Source: Octopus sinensis (Eukaryota). From it: DNA of 64,000 nt. Numbering within the stretch: position 1 is the first letter of the stretch; every line of letters starts with the position of its first letter. The stretch lies in the NCBI RefSeq assembly GCF_006345805.1, contig NW_021832382.1, forward strand, positions 62,001-126,000, given 5' to 3'. The position numbers and the translations under genes were made by a program. The notes under the pieces are model-generated. The model had not been told where the DNA came from, did not search any database, and saw nothing but the letters and a program-made list of their open reading frames with translations. Of the stretch, positions 26,601 through 38,533 are shown piece by piece.

Positions 26601-27010
26601 CATTGTGGTAATCTCCGTTGTATAAAATTCTAGATAACCAAAATGTGGTAATCTCCGGGTGACGGACAACTCGGCTAGGAAGAAATGTATACTTGGGGTA
26701 TTAAAATTTGTATTTCAATAGTTTTCTTTTTCTTTTGTTTTTTCATTTTTGAGGGTTGGGTTTAAAAGCATGAATAAAATAATTTTTACGATTTTTTAGA
26801 ACTAACTAATAATAAAAAAATTTTAGAATAACATGAATTTTTATATCAATCTATGTTAGACTTGCCGTCTTAAGTAAGCATCATTTTATAATTTGCCCCC
26901 AGCGCGATAGGGTATTAAAAAACTTTATAATTAATCATCATCCAGAAGATGATAACTCAATCAAACTTCTCGAGGCTAAAGCTGAACTGCAGAAAAAAGC
27001 AGCCGAGTCA

Positions 27011-27946
27011 ATGGATAGGCCACTAAATGTTGTTGTTAATACAGTAGCGGCCTATTCAGCAGAAGTTAAAGGGAATCTCCCAAAGACACAATCAATGGCT
27101 AAGACTGTGACTCGAGTCATAAACAGAAGCATGCAAGTAACAGCTGTTACGAGATCTGATATTCCTGATGGCTGTAAAAAGAACAAACGTGGTGAAACGT
27201 TTTTTTGCAAAGATTCTGGAATCAATGACGTTAACCGACACGTCATTTTTGCTTCTGATTTTCAGCTTTGTTTTCTAAAAAAGTCGAAAATTTGGATTGT
27301 TGATGGAACATTTAAAAGTGTCCCAAATCATTTTCAACAATTGGTGACGATATTTGTCAAATATTTGGGTAGTTACTGGCCTTGTGTATTCGGGATTTTG
27401 GCGAATAAAACGCAAGAGTGCTATACGCACTTTTTTAATGAGGTCAAAACCATAACTGACAGTGACCCAGAACATATTGTTTTGGACTTTGAAAAGGGGC
27501 TAATTAACTCTTCGGCTGCAGTTTTTACTTCGGCTAGGGTGTCGGGGTGCAACTTTCATCTTGGGCAAATGATTTGGAGGAGAGTCCAAGCCGAGGGACT
27601 TTGTGTACAATACAAAGATAAGGAGTGGCAACACCAGAGTATCAGAGATTGCTTTTCTCTGGCTTTTATTGATGAGAAGGATGTTCTTTTCCAATTCGAA
27701 AAAATCTGCTTTAATTATGCAGAAATGACCGAAAAGGATACAAAGCTAGCTGTTTCCCCCTGCTCAATCTGCAACATGGTCAACAAAAGAAAGAAGGGCC
27801 GTCTCTGCTCATCGTGTTATCGGTTCTTTCATCTTTCTTGTGTCTCCCTTTCCCGCCGCACTTCGGAACGTATCCCATCTTGGGTCTGTCCCGCTGCTTG
27901 TCTTTCCGGCACCCCATTGACATTTAGTTTAGTATACTTCAATTAA
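27011..27946 (+). CDS. Chimeric ORF: truncated MULE transposase fused in frame to a retrotransposon-derived PHD finger
   Basis: MULE motifs IWIVDGTF, IVLDFEKGL and GCNFHLGQ, then CSIC..CSSC..FHLSC..WVCPAAC. The MULE catalytic Glu region is missing. Confidence 0.7.
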   Translation: MDRPLNVVVNTVAAYSAEVKGNLPKTQSMAKTVTRVINRSMQVTAVTRSDIPDGCKKNKRGETFFCKDSGINDVNRHVIFASDFQLCFLKKSKIWIVDGTFKSVPNHFQQLVTIFVKYLGSYWPCVFGILANKTQECYTHFFNEVKTITDSDPEHIVLDFEKGLINSSAAVFTSARVSGCNFHLGQMIWRRVQAEGLCVQYKDKEWQHQSIRDCFSLAFIDEKDVLFQFEKICFNYAEMTEKDTKLAVSPCSICNMVNKRKKGRLCSSCYRFFHLSCVSLSRRTSERIPSWVCPAACLSGTPLTFSLVYFN

Positions 27947-28689
27947 ATAGTCTAATAACTAGACTTCTTGTTTAAAAAGTGTAATTTCCACCACATCGAA
28001 TGTTGATATGAGTCGTTATTAGGTTCCTAACATCCATTTTCAATTATTCAATCAACAACAACGTGATTCCGTCAATTTAGAAACAGAAGAAAGAAATTTC
28101 TCGTGAAAACCTATGGACTAGATACTACGCTTTATTATGTCAGAACCGTTAATGGAGATTTGTATGTTCTAGAAGACGATAAAGGGAACATTGTAACTGA
28201 CGTACATATTTCAAGATTGAAAGAATGAAAATGCAAAAAATATCCAATTGGTGATTTGCGAAACAAAGCTGTAGAAGAACTTGCAAAGAATAATCAGATT
28301 GAGAATTCCGCCTTTAAATATGGTATCACAATACCAGGACTGCAAATATTATCAGTTTTTTGATAATCCAAGAGATCGCAAAGAAGGGAAAACCATTTGA
28401 TAGACTCAGACTCAACTAGATTCTAGCTGATAAATCAATAATAAGATTGTTTGAAGTTTATCGATAAATTGAGAGATTAACATTAATTGGAGGTGCATCG
28501 CATACGTATCATTTGGCCCATGTCACATATTATGTCGCGTCTCATGGTGGTTACGCATCCATGCTGGCTACATGTCACCTGTCAATCAATCATTTTTACG
28601 AGGTCATTGGCCGTCAGATGTCATAATTAATGTGGTTTAATCATTCGTTACTCGTGTGGGCATATTTAATATTTTTAGCGTTATTATTC

Positions 28690-29740
28690 AATTCTTCAAA
28701 CTTGTCCGCATTCGCTCGTGGACTCATTTTCTCCGCCCATCTGCTTCCTTTTTCCAAAAAAGACGGCGGAGTTCGTCCTATCGCCGTCGGATACATTTTC
28801 CGACGCCTGGCTTCAAAGCTCGCCTGCTGGTCGGTCTCCCCGAAACTTGCAAAAGCTTTCCTCCCGTTACAGCTAGAAGTTGGGGTTCCCTCAGGCTGCG
28901 AGGCAGCGGTGCATGCCGCCAGACGCTTTGTGACCGAGAGTTTACATCCCCGAATTCTAGTCAAACTAGACATTACCAACGCATTTAACAGTGTCCGCCG
29001 CGACTCTGTGCTGGAATCTTGCTTTCTTCGTTGCCCATCCATTTATCGGTTCGAGCACCAAAGGCTCTCCTACTCTTCTTATCTCCGGCTCTTCTACCAT
29101 TATTTCCGCCACCGGTGTACAACAGGGCGATCCTCTCGGCCCTCTCCTTTTTTCGCTGGCCATCGATGAAGCGGTCCGCTCGTGCACTTCTGAGCTCAAC
29201 GTCTGGTACCTCGACGACGCCTCCATTGGAGGCCCGGCCGATAGTGTTGTAAATGACCTGAACAATGTGGCTCCGATACTGGCTTCTATAGGCCTTACCG
29301 TCAACCCACAAAAATCAGAGATTTTCAATATTGGATACGACCATGCACTCTTTACTCTGGAAATCCAGCCCCTGTTCAACCATCATCGACCAGCCATACG
29401 CACCGTTCTGCCCCAAAAACTTATCTTCTCGGTACGCCTCTATTCTCGTCCGGAATCCCATCTTCCCTCCGCGCTAAACTTCTTAATATGGAAAAATCAT
29501 TCGACACTCTTAAATCCATCGACGCCCATGTGGCTTTCTTTCTACTGAAGAACTTTCTTGCCTTTCCTCGTTTGGAGTACGCACTTCTCCCTGTTTCCGA
29601 TTCCCGGATGCAGTCGGAGAATTCGATTCGCTGCTCATGAATACTCTCGTTCAAATCTCAAACGTACATTTTGACGAAATGGGCTGGAAACAGGCTATCC
29701 TGCCTATCAGGCACGGGGGTCTCGGATTCCAATCAAGGTC
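28690..29740 (+). mobile_element. CRE-like family C RT-domain fragment
   Basis: [41 protein letters not shown] and QAILPIRHGGLG. Truncated at both ends. Confidence 0.9.
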
Positions 29741-29781
29741 ACTAAGCTAAATCTCCGGATTATAAAGACTCTTAAGCATTA

Positions 29782-32700
29782 TCTTAATAGGCTGTTAAAA
29801 AAATTAGACAGGTTTTTGCCGTGGCGACAGAGATTTTTTTTGTTTATACTATATTACAAATTTTTAAAGTTTTTTTTTGTTTGTTTTATTTTTTTGTTTT
29901 TAAATTATTTATTTTTATTTGTTTTTTTTTTTATTTTTTTTGTTATTTTTTAAAAATTCAACCGGATGAATTTTTAAACTACTTGATCCCTCTGGAATGC
30001 CGAATCATCTTTTAAAGTTAAAGAAGGAAAAGAAAATGAAATGACAGTTGACAACAGGTGGGTGGTGCCTTATAATCCACTGTTATGTAAGATTTTTGAT
30101 GCTCATATTAATGTTGAATTTTGTAATTCTATTAGATCATTAAATATAGAACAGAGGGAACATATAAAACAAAAAAATTAAAAAATAAAAAAAGAAATAA
30201 ATAAAAATTAAAATAAAAAAACAAAAAAATTAAAATAAAAAAACAAAAAAAATAAAAAAATACAGACAAAGAAATTAAAAATTAAAAAAAAATAAAAAAA
30301 CAAAAAAATTAAAAAAAAATAAAATACAAAAAAATAAATAATTAAAAAAAAAAAAAAATAAAAAACAAGGCCCAGGGACAGTCATTAAAGGTAGTTGGGT
30401 TAGTTTAGAGATTGAGTGCTTTTCACATGACAGCTGTATGTGGATGCTCGAGGGTAGGCAGAAGAGAAAATTTATTCATATATGCCGGAAGGACGCACGA
30501 CAAAAACAGGTTTACAACAGGCGATAGAATAGGTTACATGAAAACCAGGTAGTTTTATACATCTCATCAGTGATTCTTAACGGGGGCGCTGGCGCCCCCC
30601 TGGGGGCGCTGGAACATATTAGGGGGGCGCTGGAATTTTAATTTTTTAATTATTATAAATATTTTATTAGTTTTTGTAAATCATTATCACGTGCTTTTCT
30701 ATAATTCTAAATTCAAATTGTCTTGTGTGTACGTAAAAAATTATTCACTGATAATATTTATAAATATTTGTTAATTGTATTTAATATTTTAGAACTTTTT
30801 AATAAATATTTAATTATATTTATAGATGTCTGATAAAAAAGTAAAACGACGTATATTCGGATGAATACCTAAAGTTTGGAGTGATACCCTACGACCATAA
30901 CAATTCACTTCCAATGTGTCTTATGTGTAAAAAGGTCTTTACAAATGAAGGAATGAAGCCTTCAAGAATGCTAAATCATCTTAAGATTTGTCATCCTGAC
31001 AAACTTGATGCGGATATCAATTATTTTTCTAATCTGAAATATAATTATGAAAATCGTCTTATGATTAATCAACTATTTACAAAAAATTCGAAGATGCTTG
31101 AAAAAGGCCTATTAGCATCATACAAAATATCGCAATTGATAGCGAAATCAGGAAAACCTCATACTATTGGAGAGTCATTAATATTACCAGCTATCAAAGA
31201 AGTGTTAAATTCAATGGTTGATTGTGATTCTGAACAAATAATTTCATCAATTCCTTTGAGTAATAGTTCTGTTTCTTCCAGAATTGATGAAATGGCATTT
31301 GATATCGAAGAAACCCTATGTGCATTTTTAAGAACAACAAAATTTTCAATTCAGATTGATGAATCGACATTCAACGATAGTGTTGCACTTTTATTAGTTT
31401 ACGTACGTTATATTAATCAAAATGATGTAATTCAAGAAGAATTTTTTTTCTGAACACCTTGAACTCGATACAAGAGGATTAACAATTTTCAAAACTGTTG
31501 AACAATATTTTTTGAAACATGAAATACCCCTTAGCAAATTTTTGCTTGTTCAACAGATGGGGCACCTGCGATGGTTGGAGTTCATCGTGGGTTTTTGGCA
31601 TATATGAAGGAAAAAGTACCGAATATTTTACAATCCATTGCGTCATTCACAGACAGCATTTAGCTGCGAAAAATTTAAGTGAGAGGCTGAATGAATCACT
31701 AAATGTTGTCATATGTGCAATAAATCGTATTTAAATGCACCCATTGAATTCGAGAATATTCGACATATTTGTGAACAAAACGATGAGCATTATGAACGAC
31801 TTCTTTGCATACCCATGTTAGATGGCTTTCAAAAGGAAACTGTTTGTGTCGATTTTTTGAATTGTATGATTCAATCTTAGAATTTTGTCAGTTACATGAG
31901 CAGAGAATTTTTAGGTAATTATTCCTTAATCATTTTAGTAAGTTGATTTTATTGAAAGCTGATATAGCTTATCTAGCTGATATTTTTTATAAAATCAACC
32001 AAGTAAATATTAGCTTGCAAGGAAACAATATCAATTTAATAAATGTAAAAGGAATTATTATGCCTTTATTGAAAAATTACAACTTTATGAAAACAATATT
32101 AAGAAAAAGATTTTTATTAATTTTCCAAATCTACAAAATTTGGGGTTATTTTGTAATAATATTTATTAGGTCGAAAAATTAACGGATTCTGACTGTGAAT
32201 GCTTTTGCTTGCATCTAAAAATGTTAAAAGATGACATGAAAATCCGCTTGAAGATTTAGAAAATTTAAAATTTTTGATTGGTATATAAATCCATTTGAAA
32301 CTGAAAACGTTAATTTATCTCAAGAAATAACAGAAAATTTATTAAATCTGAAATATGACTTTGAAGCTAAAGTCATTTTCAACAAATATGGATATCAACA
32401 ATTCTGGGTTACTCATAGAAAAAATATCCTTTATTGTGGAATGAAATTGAAACACTTATAATAGCATTCCTTCAACATATCTAGTTGAAAGAGGATTTAG
32501 TGCAGTCTCTAATATTTTGACCAAAAAAAAGAAATAAATTACAAATTGTGAATAGAGGAGATTTGAGACTAAGTCTGTCGACTATTGAAGCTGACATAAA
32601 ACGATTGACAAATTCCCATCAAGCACAGGCAGTCACTAAAATTTTTTTATATAAAAAAGTTTGGTTTGTGAATACCCTTTTTAATTCTAAAAAAATAATA

Positions 32701-32944
32701 AGTAATATTCGAAAATATTAAAATGAAACAATTGGCGAAAAAATTGCCAAATAAATCTATAATTGAAAAAAAATAAATTAAATAATAGGGGGGCGCTGAA
32801 ATTTTGAAGCTTCGAAATTGTGTCAAAAGGGGGCGCTGACTTAAAAAAGGTTAAGAACCACTGATCACATAAATTATAGTTGTTTGATGAAACAGGCCCT
32901 CGCAGGAGCTAGGTCGCGGTGAGCGAAGCGAGCTGTCGAGCTAG
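29782..32944 (+). mobile_element. Non-autonomous Helitron, copy A (contains Buster copy 2)
   Basis: A^TC 5' end. Rep remnant VDNRWVVPYNPLLCKIFDAHINVEFCNSI and Pif1-helicase C-terminal remnant KAQGQSLKVVG. GC-rich 3' hairpin region (..GAGCGAAGCGAGC..) ending CTAG^T. Confidence 0.9.
30568..32863 (+). mobile_element. Full-length Buster-group hAT, copy 2
   Basis: Same TIRs as copy 1. The empty site in Helitron B is ATCTACAT (nnnTAnnn), and each flank here is that 8-mer minus one base. Introns at 31915-31938 and 32145-32169. Confidence 0.96.
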
Positions 32945-34199
32945 TAAGTTTATAAATTAACTAAAAAATCCAATAAAATTATTGTCATTGATGACTGCTT
33001 ATACCTCAAAGACGAAAGATTTCAAAAGCACAACTAGTTATTTGCATGCATAATGAGAGTGAGATGCAAACTATTGCAGATTCTATTCACCGGAATAGCC
33101 ATTCTGGAATTCGTAAACTGCAACAGGAATGGTACACTCCTATTTTACAATAAAGCGTAAAATTATCGAACGAGTCGTCAAAGAGTACTCAATATGCAAG
33201 TTTTCCATTCCACTTAAAGTATAAAATAAAAAACTTATATAGCGGTTCAGATTCTAAGTACCATGCGATTGCCAAAAAACCAAATGAACGATTCCAAGCA
33301 GACCTAAAAGACGTTAAAAATTTAACGATTCGAACGTGGCTACAAATGGATATTTACCGTCATTGACGTTTACAGTAAGTATGCCATTTGTAAAGGTGTT
33401 AAAATACATCTGCAATAAGTATATTTATGTTTTATATTGGAATTTAGATATTTGTGAGGCAAGTTAAAAAACGTAGACGCTTTATTTTAATAAATTTTTA
33501 TTGTTGAAACGATTATTGATTAGAAATCAATGCAATTAAATAATTATTAAATTTGACAGTCACCGACAGGCATTATTATTTATTGACAGGGACATGTAAC
33601 TACCATGGGGGTAGCTCGTGTGGGACGCGACATATTACATGACTCACCGTTACAAATGAACAAAGGATAACGAAAAACTCGTCAATAGAATAAAAATTTT
33701 TAGTACTTAAAAATGCTATGTTTATAAAAAAAATGAAAAAAATTTCAGGCAATTTTACAAAATTGATGCCCCAAATAGAGTTTATACTGTATATAAAAAA
33801 ACTTAAGTGGTCGTGGGAAAACGACAAGTATATGAAAAATTACAAAAAATGATTAAAAATTCAATAAATAAATATTTCAAAAAATATTAGCGTTACAGAA
33901 ATTTCAAAATGGGTAAAAAGAAACAAATTATAGGAATAAATTCGAAAAATATCACAAAATGATGAAATTTCAAATAATTTAATCATTAAAAGAAACTGCA
34001 TCTCGAAATATTCCAACTAAATCCAATAATATAAAAAATTAAGAAAAGAGTTAATTATATACACAGCACCACAAGGTGAATCAACTGCGTGCTCAATGTG
34101 GGAATAATTTTTTAGGTTACCATTAAAAATTGAGATAATTAAACAATAATTAATAAAAAATAAACCATATTCTAATTAAAACATTGCCACAGTAATTCT

Positions 34200-35236
34200 A
34201 CGAATTACGCGAGGAACTGCAGAGTCAGACACTTGGTTAATGTACTTATTGTATTAACATGGGATGGGCTGGTTACTCAAAAATTTCTACAATCTGCAAG
34301 TTTTATCGATGAGGCCTTTTTGGGAGGTTATCACAATCTCTATAAGCAGATTGTGCTCCTCATGTCCGCCTCGTTAGTCTGGACTTTAGTATTTGTATTT
34401 ATTGTTGTATCGATACGAATCTTCACAGAGTAATTTGCACTCTTCGACGGGAGAATTTTTCCATGAGTTAACAACCCGCAAGCATAATTAACATCAACTT
34501 CAGTATTCTTTATGCATGGAACAAAATAGATTGGAAACGCTTGTTTTCGATATTTTCCCAATAAATATTCGCGTTGAATTTTCGGCAGGTCCGATACTGT
34601 CTATTCATTTACAATTTCATTGTATTCTCAGAATAAGAATTCCACGGTAGTGGCCATATGTGTTTTTCTTAGATTAATGGACGCAGAATTCTTGTTCTTT
34701 TTAGGCAGTAGTAGTAGTTTGCTTTATGTTTCAAATCACCATAAAATTGAAGAAGCATCCTTTCCGCTTTATTGCTAACTGACTCCAGATCACTTCCAAA
34801 TTCCTTTCTTGAAAGATAAAGTTTTTTTGCCTGATATTTCTGTCCATAAAACTCGACCGATTCTTATCATCTGATGACCAAACTCTCATGGCTCAAAGAC
34901 CCTATTCATCGAGCCCATCAAGTAAGCAAGTTTTCATAGACAGACTTGAAATTCGTCGTAAATTTTTAAACGTTTTTTCCAATTCAGCTATGTCAAAAAA
35001 GATTCAACTTTCTCTATCATCATTTCCATTACGCCATTGTAATTGGAAAATAGCTTTATATAGTCCATAAATAGAAGGTGGTTAGTAGCATATGCGGGTT
35101 CCCCCTGCCTGAGTCTCCCGTCATTACTTTCGGGAATTTTCCGTTGATCATTCGGCTTAGATGGTCCATTAACAACACAAAGATAGAGATGATGAGAGAA
35201 AATCTCCTTGCAGTATACCTCTATTGATTTTAACTA
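34200..35236 (-). mobile_element. Scrambled R4-like non-LTR fragments (duplicated at 42210-42504 and 45740-46480)
   Basis: Minus strand KINRGILQGDFLSSLIFVLLMDHLSR (RT motif) and IRIDTTINTNTKVQ (pre-RLE). Plus strand IVLTWDG. Confidence 0.75.
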
Positions 35237-35665
35237 TACCATTTACAACTCTATTTTGCATGTACGAAATTTAATTTGCGGTCAGTAAACTCATTTCTGC
35301 AATTAAGAAATGATTTTTGCGGTTAAGAAAGTCAATTTTGCAATCAAGAAAATTAATTTGCGGTCATGAAAATCGGTTTGCAAGTGGGAAATTTAATTTG
35401 CGGCTAGGAAAAACCAATCTTGCAAGTAGGAATTTTTTTTTTTTTGAAAGCAAGAAATAAATTAAAGATAGCTAAGTTAATTAAAGGCCTCACGAGACAC
35501 CCGACCAGCCTCGCGAATGGCGAAGCCGTTCCCTCGGATCACAGCAATCGACAGACGTTCCATTACTTTAGCAAGTAGGAAATATTACTTTAGCAAGTAG
35601 GAAATTAATTTTGCAAATTCATTTTGTATAACCTCGACGCAACATTAATGCGTTTAAACAATATA
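35237..35665 (+). mobile_element. Left end of the IS630/Tc1-like element (duplicate of 46481-46900)
   Basis: The same TIR and 20/21-bp repeat array, cut off by a Tc1 inserted at TA 35664-35665. Confidence 0.85.
35433..35562 (-). mobile_element. 5'-truncated CRE-A 3' end with poly(A), copy in unit A
   Basis: Reverse complement of ~45595-45712 plus a poly(A) tail. Confidence 0.92.
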
Positions 35666-36835
35666 CAGTAAACCAAAATAAAAAACGAACACTACATTTT
35701 TCCTAAAATTTCCAAGAAACGAATCAAAAAAAATATCTAAATAGAATTTTAACAATATATAAACAATAACTAATATTTTTATTTTTGCAAAAAAAATATA
35801 TTTACCGCCTTTTTACAACAGAAGTATAATCTGAACCAAAATAAAAAACGAACAAAATTTTTTATTTGTAAATGTTATTAAATATATGATTTTTTTTAGA
35901 AAATTATTAATATTTGGGACGCTATAATAACTTATTATGGCCAGACAATTGAGTTTTGAAGAAAAGGGAACAATTATCGGTATTTACAAATGCGGAAAGA
36001 CGTATCGCGAAATACAACGTATAACTAAAAGATGGTGTAAAAGATCACTTGATACCATATCGAAAACAATTCGAAAATATAAACAAAATATTCCATGCTC
36101 AAGAAAATATGGTTTTGGTCGTCCCGGCTCCTAAATGAACATGATTTAAAAAAAATCAATAAGGCAAGGATTGAAGATCCAAAATTTAATTGCGTAAAAT
36201 ATGCGAAGGCACTGAAAGAAGAAACTGGGAAAAATGTAAACACTGAAACAATCAGAAATACACTAAAACAAAGAGGTTTCAAAGCATTTCCGCCGACTAA
36301 AAGACCACATCTTACTAAAAAACACAAAGAACGAAGAATGGAAATCTGTCAAAGATGGAATATGCTATTGGAATTACGTTATATTCAGCGACGAATGAAA
36401 ATTCAACTTAGTAAACAACGACGGACGAAGATTTGTATAAAGACAACAATCCGAAAAGTTTGTTTCACGCAATATTACTGAAACCGTAAAATTTGGAAAA
36501 GAAGAAGTGTGATGATATGTGGTGCATTTACGTCTGAATATTTTAGTAATCTGGTTTGATAAAAAAAATAATGAATGAATCATTGTATGTTAACATTTTG
36601 GCAAACAATTTTTTGCCATTTCTGGAAAAAATAGGATTATTGATCCAATTTTTCAACAGGACAACGACCTAAAACACACATGTGTGTTTGCAAAAATATT
36701 CTTTGAGACTAATAATATCGAATTGCTACCTTGCCCAGCGCAAAGCCCGGATCTTAACCCCATTGAACACTTATGGAGCTATATGAAGGCAAAAATAAGG
36801 GGGAAATCGTATTCCAAAAAAGAGGAACTCGAAAG
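35666..36835 (+). mobile_element. Tc1-family element (DD34E), degenerate, 3' end replaced by a LINE
   Basis: TA + CAGTAAACCAAAATAAAAAACGAAC, with an inner repeat near 35832. Transposase starts at 35938, with FQQDND and [14 protein letters not shown]. Confidence 0.88.
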
Positions 36836-38528
36836 TTCGCGGTGGGAGAGGGCCTGCCGAAGGGTGGACCCTCGCTTTCCGGACTTCTGGAAGCAGTTGA
36901 AGAGCCTGTCGGGGAGAAGGGGGGCTAAGTCAGTGCGCCTTAAACGCTCTGATGGAACCCTCGCTTCGGACCCGGTTGAGGTGGTTGAAATACTTTCAGC
37001 CCATCTCAATGACATCTCGGGAACTGACGGAAGTCAGTTCGTAGAGACATCGTCCTTTGATACTGTCCAGCAGATATTGTCGTGGGACAAGCGCTGCCAG
37101 CTGGATATATCAATGGACGATGCAGGCGAAATTACTGAAGCGGAGATTCTGGCAGCAATCTCCCGAAGTAAGAACACCGCGGCGGGCTTGGATCGGATCC
37201 CGATGGCCATCTTTAAGAAGGCCCCGCCGCGGTTAATCACTGCGCTAAAGGTTTATTTAACGGGAGCTTGCGACTTGGGATGATTCCTTCCAGGTGGAAA
37301 GTAGCTGAGGTGATCCTTATCGGAAAACCCGGAAGCCACATGATGTCCCCGGGGGGGGGATATAGGCCCATTTCCTTGCTCCCCGCGATATCTAAAATCC
37401 TAGAAAGAATTATGCACCAAAGGCTCCTGGAGGGGCTGATGGTGGCAGACGCCCTCCCTGAGTTCCAATGGGGCTTCAGGGAGGGCCGCTCATGCGGGGA
37501 CTGCCTTCACAAGGTCGTCGTCTAGTATAAAGAGCGCCCTCCAGAAAAGGGAATGCGGTATTTTAGTTAGTCTCGACATTGAAAAGGCCTTCGACTCGGT
37601 GTGGCACGACGGCCTCGGAGTTCCCTTGCCACGTGCGGGGTTTCTCCGTGTCTAAGGCGCTGGCTGTCGGGGTTTCTTGAATCTCGCAGACAGGTCGTGC
37701 GGCATCAGGGGGTCTTTTCTAAAGTCGCAACAGTCCTTCGCGGGGTCCCTCAGGGCTCTGTGCTCAGTCCGACACTATTCAATGGTTTATGGCCACTGCG
37801 CCTATGCCAGTCAATGCTCGTACTGAAATGGTAATCTATGCAGACGACATTATCCTCTGGGATCACTCAATGAAACCGGAGTGTGTGCGTGTCGTAGGCT
37901 TCAGGTTGCTGTGGATGGACTTGCAAACTGGTGTGGGAGTAGGGGTCTGAGAATGTGCGCGGACAAGTGCAGTGTCCTAAAGTCTGTAAAAGGACGAGGG
38001 GTTACACTAATTTTGTTCCTAGGTTATTGCTGAGCGGGTCAGCAATCGGCAGTTGATCGGATGACTTATTTGGGCGTGCTCTTTAAGCGTCCGGTAAGTT
38101 TGATGATCACATTGCACGTACGAAAAATGCGGCAATGCAGCGATTAGGTGCGTTGCGTGCTTTCCGCTGAGCAGAGGTGCCTGGTTCGCGCGTGTTTAAC
38201 GCCATGGTGTTACCCGTCTTGACCTATGGCGTCCACGCTTGGTACCTCTATGAGGACAGGGATAAGCATGTTGACGTGCTTAAAAAAGTAAGAAGACGAG
38301 CATAAGGCTAGCCTATGGTAGGATTCCGGACTGAGCTCTCCGACGCCCAGGAATCATCCCTCAAAGGCCTCTCTGAGGTCCTAGAGAAGATTATTTCTGG
38401 ATGGCAGGTAAGGCGGTAAGTCTTAACTTGTGGTTGTGTGTAGGGAGGCGGTGTTGTGATGGAGACTGAAAAGGCAGCGATGCCGAAGGTCTACTTAGTT
38501 AGTTTTTAACTGCCTCCCTTAACTAATA
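36836..38528 (+). mobile_element. 5'-truncated Jockey/I-group (APE-type) LINE, RT region
   Basis: GC-rich. Motifs WKVAEVILIGKPG, YRPISLLPAISKILERI, QWGFREGRS, LDIEKAFDSVWH, GVPQGSVLSPTLF and YADD. Confidence 0.9.
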
Positions 38529-38533
38529 AATTT

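Larger units (their letters stand above)
26056..28019 (+). repeat. 79-bp direct repeat pair (26056-26134 and 27941-28019)
   Basis: The two copies differ at one position and bracket a CRE-C/MULE cassette. Confidence 0.92.
28533..33632 (+). mobile_element. Ginger-like integrase DNA transposon 'Z' containing nested CRE-C, Helitron and Buster insertions
   Basis: Imperfect ~55-60-bp TIRs TGTCGCGTC..TACATGTCACCTGTCAAT. The 5-bp TSD TATTA is confirmed by the empty site at ~24851-24865. Integrase HHCC and PNERFQADL..YKWIFTVIDVYSKYA lie at ~32990-33400 (duplicate at ~41005-41400). Confidence 0.8.

Noticed and set aside
36684-37283. 199-aa Tc1-LINE fusion ORF
   Set aside because: A chance in-frame junction between a decayed Tc1 C-terminus and a 5'-truncated LINE, with neither domain complete.
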